Positions 35,527 to 63,169 of a stretch of DNA of 64,000 nucleotides are shown piece after piece (within the stretch, counting starts at the first letter, position 1; every line of letters begins with the position of its first letter). The stretch comes from Macrostomum lignano (lineage: Eukaryota): assembly GCA_002269645.1 (NCBI GenBank), contig NIVC01001668.1, positions 1 to 64,000 of the forward strand, written 5' to 3'. A program made the translations under genes and the position numbers. The notes under the pieces are model-generated. The model worked only from the letters and a program-made list of their open reading frames with translations. It did no database searches and was not told the DNA's origin.

Positions 35527-38500
35527 TCAAGTCAACCGCCAATGACCAAATGGGAGGGATGAGTAGGGATCGAGCCAGGCTCGCTTCGTGTCGAAGAAGC
35601 TAAGCGCCTGCTTGCGCTGCTCAAGAAGATAAATCTTCTGTCGTCGCGAAGTAATCGTCCGCATCGTTACATGCTCCAAAACTCGATCCTTCAACACACT
35701 CAAAAATACATTGTGCTTCATACCTCTTACAATCGACTTCGACACGCCCTTGCAACGCACAATCTGACAGAGGCTTTCCTTTGCATACACCATTGAATAG
35801 TTTTTCGGGCGTAGAAATGCAAACTCCAACAGTGTACAACCGGAAACTTCATCTTTCCAGGCCATTAACTTCCCTTTATACTTTGTTGTATAAAGCGGAT
35901 GAGAAGGTGGATAATTACTAGTGTCTAACACACCGCACTCCACCAAGTCTTTAAACAATGTCTCCTGAGGACTCGTCTCCGGGTCGGCCATAACCAATGC
36001 CAGGATCAAACTATCCGTATCTCCACCAAGCACGCGGGCAGAAGCAAGCGACCTATGGCATTGAATCCTTGAATAGAAAAACTCGTAGACAAATGTTTTC
36101 GCAAGGTCCAGAATAGCGCTACCAATCAGAATTGGCTTGTTTAGCAATACTCGACGAGGAGTCAAACTCACGCCCGCTAGACGATCTGTATACAGAATCA
36201 CGTCCATAAACTCCTCTTTAGCGACATACGTTTCCAACTTCTCGGCAGTAGTACACATGCGATAGCTGAGTCGGTCTCGAACTCGCTGCAGAAACTTGCC
36301 GTACACAGCATTGTTCAATAGTTTAAAGAAATCTCGATCGAAATCGCTAGTCGCCTCAGACCGCCGACGAATATTATGTTCAATATATTCCTGTAGAATA
36401 GGACCTTCTACGAATTCGAGAACACGATTAACCCGCGTCACGCGCATGCCTAACTCGAGGTAAAGACGCAATGCTCGATGATGTACAATGTACCCTGTTT
36501 TATGCGTAACAGAGCCAATTAGTTTCCTTGTCGGAGAAGTGAATCGTTTTACGTCCTCGTATACCTCCGCATTCCTCTTCCTGGGATCAAGCTGGCGTTG
36601 CAGACAAACCCAATCCTGCTTCATATGCTCGGTTAAATAGGCACTATCAATTCTTTCATGGCCAATAGCCAGAGGTAGATCGGCAGTTGAGTCGTGCAAA
36701 AACTTTGGGTAGTAAAGATCGACATTCAATAACGCCCCTCGTCCATTCGAGCAATAGCTAGACAACCAAGCCAAAAACTTGCTCGACTTGTTCGGATTTT
36801 CCAACTCAGCTGCCTCATCATCAACTGATAGATTTTCAATCACTTCACGGGGCAACCAACGATAGGCCTTATACGGCAGCGCCTGCACCATACAACTGGC
36901 ATAAAGAGAATTAGCATCAAGGTAGGCCAAGTGAGTGCCATACGGTGCATTCCGCCGTAGTTCTCTTAAATTGTCGTCGTCGTCATCCAGCTGCCGACGA
37001 CATTCTTCTACCATTGGATTATTTGCCGTAGTAAGATGGCGAGTGCCAAAACTGAACCCACCTCGAATCGAAGCTTCAACCTCGGAGTACATACGAGCGT
37101 CTGTAAACAACTCGATCGGCTTCTTCACCTTCAACAGACACGCAGCCAGACTATACATTGGCGATCCGAGAAAATGACACACATCCAAACCGTATTCTCG
37201 AATTGCAGTCCGACGAAAACTCTCAAATACGTCGCATAACAGTAGTACATCCAACAGTAAATACGCAGTCAGATAGTCACGCAAATTGGCACAATCAAAC
37301 TCTTGCCAACTCTGCTGAGCGCGTGTGTACTCCTCCTTAGAACACTCTTGCCGGGTCATTGCGTCGTAAAACAAATCTCGCGATGGCAGTTCAGTCACAC
37401 TGTCCAACTTCTCTTCAGAGTCCAAGTAACAATACGGAAACACTCCCTTCTGCTGCAGAGTAGACAGTTGGAGTTTAGGATAAACATTCAGCAAATCTCG
37501 ACAGTGTACCAATTGTTCCTGCGTCAAACGGTTTGCCAGACTAGCTAGACTTGTCGACAAGTACGCAAACGTGTCCTTGAAGCAGATTTCAAACCAAACA
37601 AAATTCTTCTTCTTCTGCTTTTGTTGCTGCGGCCGTTGACTGCCAACCAGCAGCGGTACCTTGAACTTTAATGAAAACGTCTTAAACCGTTCCCTAGACT
37701 CGGGAAGAACGTGCAGTTGAACGTCGTCTTCTCCACTAAACACATTGTACACCTCACGAACAATTATTTTACCGTCATATCCTCGAAGATTGTGCAGGTA
37801 GACGATAATTCGATAGCGCTGCAGGGCAAGTTTTCGATTGCACGACATGCAAGCCATTCCACGTGGAAGACCACTCAAATGACAATGATCCCAGACTTGA
37901 GACTCGTCAGCGGAAAACTCGCGACGACAGACGTAGCATCGATCTGTGCTAGGACGCTGACCTAGATACTTTCTAAGCATTGGTCTATAAGTCATCTTGC
38001 TAGTCGCATTAGTTACTTCGAATGCAAGCTCGCGCAGAGCCAAGAGAAACCTGCCAATACAATCTGTTGTGCCAGGCGTAGAATAAAACAACTTGCATGG
38101 AGTATTGTATCTGCTCAACAAATCCTCCCTCGTTACACTATCCAAATCCGGATCGACAACCAAACGAAAGGCCACACAAACGGGCACGTGAATTTGTAAA
38201 ACATGGCTGTTAGCCGTAGGCACTGGCAGGCCCTTGACGAGGCCCCCCGATGCCTTTTCAACAGGTACAAGTAGACTCTCAATATCAGCATAAACCAAAT
38301 ACAGCGGCGGCAGTCGAGTCTCGTAGGCTGAAAAAGACAAAAATGCTTTGCCCTCCTCTGGTAAAACCTCCTCCGTGACTGGCTTTGGCGTTCGAATGAA
38401 GCCGCCGCCGCCGCCGCCGCCTGGTTGCTCCTCCGTCGTCTGGCCACACACGTGTTCTTTCAAGATATAATCCCAAGACGTGGTGTGAATAAAGCTCGCC

Positions 38501-39975
38501 AGACATTCAGGACAATAGCGCCGGCGTTTAGCACGAGAACTCAACAGCCTATCCAGATTTAGCACCGCCATGTAGTGTCCATACTTGAATTCTGCGTAAG
38601 GTGGTATGAACAGACAATTGACTGGCGCAAGGTCACCAGTGGAACGACGAAAATTAAAAAACAGCACGGCAGTATTCGTGGCATGACTCCAGACAAACAC
38701 ACGCATCAGTCTAATTCGAGGGTTCAGCCGGCAAAACTTTCTGTAGCTCCCAATTGAGTGACGAGTCACTCCGGCGCGCGTAAATCGAAAGCTTTTCAGC
38801 CAAGGCCTGTAAGACGCCTTTCGCCTTTTACGGGCTTGCCCTTCGACCTGTGAGGAAAAGACGCTCGACACGACAGCATACATAAAACAATCATGCTGAT
38901 CTGCTCGGTGCGGGCGTAGAAACAAAACCGCTCCCGGCATACGACCAACAGCCAGTGGAACGCGGAATGGAACGGAACGGGTCGGAGCGGATTCTGTTGG
39001 ACCGCCGCCCGCCTGCGCGCCCGCCGCCGCCGCCGCCACGCCCGCCGCCACCACCACCGCCGCCCCGCCACCCGCTCCCCACACGTCCTGCTGCTGCTGC
39101 CGACGACTGCTAGTGTTCGACTGTAGTAGTAGATATTTTCGGCGGAATATGCACAGCATAACGTCGACCTTGACAACGCCGAGGAACTTCCAGTTACTAC
39201 CTCGGGACTGAAAGTTGTCTAATTTAGCTACCAGATCGTTTGTTGTCTCGCTGTACCATTGGTTGAAAACGTCCTCAGAGAGAAGAAGTACACGGCGGCC
39301 GGCGGCTGGAGCATTCGCATCGAAGGAGACCATAACGACTTTGGAATTGAAGAAGGGCGCGATTACTTCTACCTCTTCGTTGTGGGGGGATTCACCAGCA
39401 GCCGTGTCATTGGCGGGGGGATAACGGGTACGATACATTTTTACATTAAGATGTATACATGTACGGAGTAAACAGTCCGCAGATCCGAGAGAGTTAAAAA
39501 GACGAAAAACTGGAACTTGCAGTTGTGGAAGTAACTCGCTGGGTGGTTCGGTATCGCCATCGTCCTCGTCCAGCAGAGGCGTGAACGTCAGAAAGTTCGC
39601 CCGACCTCGGTGTGCGGACTCGGTATGTTGTACCGACCAGCCTGGTGGAGTGTCCTCTTCGATTAGCCGACGCACTGGTTCTCGAAGTAAAAGTTGGTCT
39701 GGTTGATAGCACGAGCCATTGTGCGAGTGCCCATGGAGGGCGGCTTGACTGTTGAATCTCTGCCGGCACACGGGGCATCTGATTTGTTTCGTCGTCGTCG
39801 TCGACGGCTGGAATGGTGTTGGCGATTGTTGGCGACGGGGTGGTTGTGATAATCGCCTAAATAGTTTGCTCGGTGGTAAAAATAAGGAAGGAATGCACAG
39901 CCTTAAGTTTGGTGGACAGTCCAAAAATGTCCTCCGCCGCGTGGTTAAACTGTATTTTACTTTGCAGAGATACAA
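35527..39975 (-). CDS. polB: Protein-primed family B DNA polymerase with N-terminal Zn finger, terminal-protein/vOTU region and endonuclease-VII insertion
   Basis: YADIES exonuclease motif, DHCH..G..RG..C..CN EndoVII, DANSLY, KLLNNAVYGK, GGDTDS, RPKNY; ORF starts at TTG and the first ATG is codon 180. Confidence 0.97.
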   Translation of the reverse strand: MYLCKVKYSLTTRRRTFLDCPPNLRLCIPSLFLPPSKLFRRLSQPPRRQQSPTPFQPSTTTTKQIRCPVCRQRFNSQAALHGHSHNGSCYQPDQLLLREPVRRLIEEDTPPGWSVQHTESAHRGRANFLTFTPLLDEDDGDTEPPSELLPQLQVPVFRLFNSLGSADCLLRTCIHLNVKMYRTRYPPANDTAAGESPHNEEVEVIAPFFNSKVVMVSFDANAPAAGRRVLLLSEDVFNQWYSETTNDLVAKLDNFQSRGSNWKFLGVVKVDVMLCIFRRKYLLLQSNTSSRRQQQQDVWGAGGGAAVVVAAGVAAAAAGAQAGGGPTESAPTRSVPFRVPLAVGRMPGAVLFLRPHRADQHDCFMYAVVSSVFSSQVEGQARKRRKASYRPWLKSFRFTRAGVTRHSIGSYRKFCRLNPRIRLMRVFVWSHATNTAVLFFNFRRSTGDLAPVNCLFIPPYAEFKYGHYMAVLNLDRLLSSRAKRRRYCPECLASFIHTTSWDYILKEHVCGQTTEEQPGGGGGGGFIRTPKPVTEEVLPEEGKAFLSFSAYETRLPPLYLVYADIESLLVPVEKASGGLVKGLPVPTANSHVLQIHVPVCVAFRLVVDPDLDSVTREDLLSRYNTPCKLFYSTPGTTDCIGRFLLALRELAFEVTNATSKMTYRPMLRKYLGQRPSTDRCYVCRREFSADESQVWDHCHLSGLPRGMACMSCNRKLALQRYRIIVYLHNLRGYDGKIIVREVYNVFSGEDDVQLHVLPESRERFKTFSLKFKVPLLVGSQRPQQQKQKKKNFVWFEICFKDTFAYLSTSLASLANRLTQEQLVHCRDLLNVYPKLQLSTLQQKGVFPYCYLDSEEKLDSVTELPSRDLFYDAMTRQECSKEEYTRAQQSWQEFDCANLRDYLTAYLLLDVLLLCDVFESFRRTAIREYGLDVCHFLGSPMYSLAACLLKVKKPIELFTDARMYSEVEASIRGGFSFGTRHLTTANNPMVEECRRQLDDDDDNLRELRRNAPYGTHLAYLDANSLYASCMVQALPYKAYRWLPREVIENLSVDDEAAELENPNKSSKFLAWLSSYCSNGRGALLNVDLYYPKFLHDSTADLPLAIGHERIDSAYLTEHMKQDWVCLQRQLDPRKRNAEVYEDVKRFTSPTRKLIGSVTHKTGYIVHHRALRLYLELGMRVTRVNRVLEFVEGPILQEYIEHNIRRRSEATSDFDRDFFKLLNNAVYGKFLQRVRDRLSYRMCTTAEKLETYVAKEEFMDVILYTDRLAGVSLTPRRVLLNKPILIGSAILDLAKTFVYEFFYSRIQCHRSLASARVLGGDTDSLILALVMADPETSPQETLFKDLVECGVLDTSNYPPSHPLYTTKYKGKLMAWKDEVSGCTLLEFAFLRPKNYSMVYAKESLCQIVRCKGVSKSIVRGMKHNVFLSVLKDRVLEHVTMRTITSRRQKIYLLEQRKQALSFFDTKRAWLDPYSSLPFGHWRLT

Positions 39976-40268
39976 TTATGTAGACAATTTGAATATTTAG
40001 GAATGAACAGCAGGCTAGTAAGTAGTAGGTCGTTGATGGTGGTTGAAAGAATAGAATCGTATAACTTAGTCAATGGTAGTGTTTTTAGGGGTCTGAATCA
40101 GTTCGAATGGATCATCATGATAAACAAAAATCGTTGGGTACGCATGGGAATTTTACCTTCAGGTAGTAATAGTGGTAGGTGGTGTTTTTTCAACTTGGTA
40201 GGGGCTCGGTTGAATTTAGGTGTTTATTACTACAGCAGAAAATCGTTGTTGTTAATATCAAGTGCATG

Positions 40269-41069
40269 TCAGAGCTCACGACGAATGATGCCGCCAACAA
40301 GATGGGCTAGATCGGTCGTAGATGTATCCGATCTGATTAGAATTTCGTGTACGTTCGAGTAGTCCTGGTAGTGTCGTGTAAACGCCTCGTCTAGCGATCG
40401 TAGATAGTCCAGGGAGATGCCAGTCTCCTCACCGCTGCGTCCGCGCTGCGCGATGCGTTGAATGGCCAACTCCGGGTCAATGCGCAGGTAAATAAGCGTC
40501 GTGTTCGCGCCGGTAAAGGGTACCCCAGTCGCTTCGAGGACGTCTAGTTGGCGCTGAGCAATCGCCCATTCGGTGTCAGACAGCGAGCCTTGACGGTGTA
40601 GTACGTCTTGGAATGCTCGAGCCGACCCGAGGCAGCGGTCGAGGATAACCACCTTGTTGTTGGATTGTTGGTTAACCTCATTCCGGACCTGGGTGGTAAC
40701 ACAAGATTGGCAAAAGTAGCTATACCGTGCGTGTCTTTCGACATTGGTTGTACATGCAGTAGGAGCTATACGAAAGGAATTGCTAGATACTATAGTACCA
40801 CTTACTTTGCTGTCTCTGTCGAGCAAGTCGTGGGAGACGTGCTGTTGGAATGCGACGGCCGGAAGCTCGCCTCGATAGAATGACTGAAGCAGATTTACCG
40901 AGTCCGGGAGGAGCGGGTGTCGCGCGTACTGGTGAACAGGCTCGGGACCGAAGACGGCTTTGTCGGCCCAACCCTCGAGGCGGGAGGTGAGAGCCAGTTC
41001 TCGAAGCAACGTCGACTTCCCGGCACCGATTACGCCCTCCAGGAGAAAAATGCGAGACTGGCTCGTCAT
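40269..41069 (-). CDS. Deoxynucleoside kinase (dNK family) with a probable intron at 40689-40805
   Basis: LEGVIGAGKST P-loop, PEPV, ILDRCLGS, IYLR..PE....RI..RGR..E lid, YL..L...F. Confidence 0.88.
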   Translation of the reverse strand: MTSQSRIFLLEGVIGAGKSTLLRELALTSRLEGWADKAVFGPEPVHQYARHPLLPDSVNLLQSFYRGELPAVAFQQHVSHDLLDRDSKVSGTIVSSNSFRIAPTACTTNVERHARYSYFCQSCVTTQVRNEVNQQSNNKVVILDRCLGSARAFQDVLHRQGSLSDTEWAIAQRQLDVLEATGVPFTGANTTLIYLRIDPELAIQRIAQRGRSGEETGISLDYLRSLDEAFTRHYQDYSNVHEILIRSDTSTTDLAHLVGGIIRREL

Positions 41070-41114
41070 ATTGGCTAGAATTGGAACAAATTCTGGTTTC
41101 GGAGCGGCTTCCTG

Positions 41115-41383
41115 ACACAATTGTTTAACAATGTTGATCATTTCTAAAATCTGGCTAGTAGTCTTTGCACCTATTATAACGATCTTAAGGGAAAGAAAAA
41201 TATTGCACACCGTCCTATTGAGTGGAGCAGTACTACGGAGGGTGATGGCTTGTGGGAATATCTCCGCGTCGTAATACAGCCGAGCTGTGTGAAACGGCCC
41301 GATAAATTTTTTCAGGGTCGAAAATTTGAGTCCAGGATAGTGGAGCAGACCAACGGTTGTAGAGCTGATTATACGAATCGATG
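41115..41383 (-). CDS. TATA-binding-protein-like repeat, 5'-truncated, in frame with the dNK
   Basis: YDAEIFPQAITLR...TVCNIFLSLKIVIIGAKT aligns by eye with TBP YEPELFPGLIYR...LLIFVSGKIVITGAK. Confidence 0.65.
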
Positions 41384-42106
41384 AAGTTACTACCGGCAAA
41401 GAGCAAATTCGTGTTAAGTGCCGCACAGATTGGTGAGGCAGTGTTAAAGGATTACGAGGTTGAGATTCAGAGTGCGGAGCTTCGTTTGCGGTATGTTCAG
41501 CCATCTGCCAGTGTGATTGGAGCCCATGCACATGGTTTGAAGACCCATAATGCCTTGTACCCTCATCGCAGTTTATCATTGGGTACGTTCACAATACCGC
41601 AAGGGTCGTTAAGCCATACGCACGAAAATCTGTTTCCGAGCGGAGTGCCACGTCTTTTGCTGGTGGTAGTCGTTGGAAATACTGCATTTAATGGAAGTCT
41701 GGCGACAAATCCGTTCAATTTCGTGCATGCGAATTTGATCAGCGTTGGAGTTTACGTAAATGGTGAGGCGGTACCGACACGGCCTAGTCAATTCGACTTC
41801 ACAGGGGATTGTGCAAAGGAGTATACAACTCTGCGTCAACAACTGGGTTTGTATTTACAAGGACGGGATTTGGGGTTCTCGATGGCGGACTACAACGGAG
41901 GGTATACGATACTCGCGTATTCGTTAGGATCTGACGGGGGAGTTGCGCCGGCGGTACAATTGTATAAGGAAGGGAATGTCCGACTGGAGATGCGTTTTGG
42001 AACGGCTACAGCGGAGGTCTATAACGTTATTTTCGGTGGTGTTTTCGACAAGCAACTACAGATTACCGAACTGCGGGACGTTGTGCCAGGAACCGCTTGG
42101 AAATGA
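41381..42106 (+). pseudogene. Duplicated C-terminal 241 aa of the major capsid protein
   Basis: Protein identical to the MCP C-terminal half; ATG formed at the repeat junction. Confidence 0.8.
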
Positions 42107-42966
42107 GGCGAGGCGAAGGTGTAACGAACTTGTTCTTGCAACGTGTTGTGATTATTCTATGTAACGGTTTTAAAGACGTTTGTTTTTTGGGTATTTTTCC
42201 TGTCGATTTGTTGAGTAGTATCCCGCGAATCCCGAGAGACAGAAGGCATTATTTTCTGATCGTGAATACCGATACTTCAAATTTGCCGGGTTCTCATTGG
42301 GTTTTGTTATGGGTGGGGGGTTTTAGGTTGGGTAGGAGGGGCTCTAGGAAGGGAGAGTATTTCGATTCCTTGGGGTTAAATCCATGTGAGTTAATACGTC
42401 GGTGGTTTATACGGAATTGTGGAGGGGGAAATTGGGAATATTCGCGTTTTGCTATTCAAGAACCAACAAGTCTGCACTGTGGTATATGGATTTTGTTTTA
42501 TTTATACTTTAAACTGCATCGTGGTGGTGGTTTGAAGGATTTTCTGGCGAGCATGATTAGTGGTGGTGGCGCCGAGAATCTGTTTAAGCGCTGTTATAAT
42601 CGTTTGCGTTCTTTCGCGATGAACTATCTGCGTATTAGATTGCGGTAATTTGCTTACTCGTTTTTAATGCGTATGGACTTGCGGCGAATTCAGTCAAATA
42701 TACTTTGCAGAAATAAATGGCCAAGGCTAAGGAAGAATTGGACTTTGAATTCAATATTTCTTTTGGGAGAACGCTAGTGTTGGTTAGTGTGTCGTATTAA
42801 GATAAGAAAGCTAAGATTTGTACCTTATCGAACGCCGGCTTGGGCGAGTTGCGTTTCGTTCGTTGGCTCGAACTGACGGAGGCGTATTACAGTTCGAGTG
42901 TAGGTGGGGACTGTATTCATTTTTACATGTAAAAATGTGGGGTGCGTGTAATTTAATAATACTACT
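41384..42966. repeat. Right arm of the 1583-bp inverted repeat
   Basis: Ends ...aataatACTACT; coordinates mirror the left arm exactly. Confidence 0.95.
42097..42648 (+). CDS. Second full copy of the adenain-like protease (one V/I difference)
   Basis: Identical to 27684-28235 except WVL vs WIL. Confidence 0.9.
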   Translation: MEMRRGEGVTNLFLQRVVIILCNGFKDVCFLGIFPVDLLSSIPRIPRDRRHYFLIVNTDTSNLPGSHWVLLWVGGFRLGRRGSRKGEYFDSLGLNPCELIRRWFIRNCGGGNWEYSRFAIQEPTSLHCGIWILFYLYFKLHRGGGLKDFLASMISGGGAENLFKRCYNRLRSFAMNYLRIRLR

Positions 42967-43879
42967 AGTGTCATATAACTTGAAAGCGACACTTATTATA
43001 ATCCTGCGTGCCATTAGTCTTGTGGCTGCAGCCAGGTCCGTGACTAGCTATCTATTAATGGCGTGAAGCATTCCCGGTGGCAGTGAAATTAGATATTGAA
43101 CAAATGGCCTCTGTCTATGCATAATCGCTACTGGCTTAGCTAAGGTATTGGATTTATGCTGGCTGTCAGGGCCTTCTGTCTGCTAACATGGGCGTGGTCC
43201 CTCAGTGAATTGGATTTTCTGCCCTGCCCTCCCCTTTTTCCATCCTCATCTGTCCCTGATTAGAAATCTTCCCCTTTGCAGCCTACATATCGGGTTTAGC
43301 GTTGCCTGCCCCATCATGCAGAGGATTTGTGGGATCTGCGAGAGCGCTGGTCAGTATTGGGCGGGGCGATGCTGGTACGACAGGGATTAGAGAGAGAGAG
43401 GGGGGTGAGGATCACAAATATACCTATATAGTCTATAAGATCAATCTACTTTAGAATTGGGGTTCTCATAGCGTTGAAATTTGCATTTTTATTTTAAAAA
43501 TACTATAGACGATAGGAGCTTATTATTATTTTTTTTTATAAAATTCCGCTATCTGCCTCGCTCCCGGCCCCTGAACTTGACTGACAGGCGATCCCTAATG
43601 CGCTCACTATTTTTAGTTCGCCGCTGCTCAACAGAGACACAAGACGACTTAAAAGGCAAACAGGGCAGAGGAGAGGAGAAGGCAAAGAAAAAAACTGACT
43701 GACTGTGTTGCAATCATTTGAGCACTTCTCTCTGGGCGCTCGTTCCGTCGACTGGTTGAATCTTCTCTCTGCAGCTTAATTATAGAGCTGCCACCGGCTG
43801 TTCCCTGGGGAGGCAGGCAGGGGCTACCGCTCAGCTCAGCTCACATCGTTTTTTTGAGTGCCGGTCCGTGTGAGCAGCC

Positions 43880-63026
<19,147 letters not shown>

Positions 63027-63169
63027 CGCTCAGAGTTTATGTATTTGCTGCGTGTGACTACTTAGTGGGCAGTAGTTTAAAAGTATTCTGGCTGCGGTTT
63101 TTAAATTATAATTATTTAGCGTTTTTTGCTTTGCAATTTTTTGTTTTCTTCACTCATCCACTCATACTG

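Larger units (their letters stand above)
27366..42966 (-). mobile_element. Polinton/Maverick (adintovirus-like, PLA2-bearing, group-2 PolB) endogenous virus
   Basis: AGTAGT...ACTACT termini, inverted repeats, and the full core set (pPolB, rve integrase, ATPase, adenain, major and minor capsid). Confidence 0.97.

Noticed and set aside
40003-40362. 119-aa plus-strand ORF and other short antisense ORFs inside the Polinton
   Set aside because: No motifs; they lie opposite recognised genes or in the probable PolB promoter region.
27360-42972. 6-bp target-site duplication for the Polinton
   Set aside because: The flanks aacggt and agtgtc do not match in any register tried.
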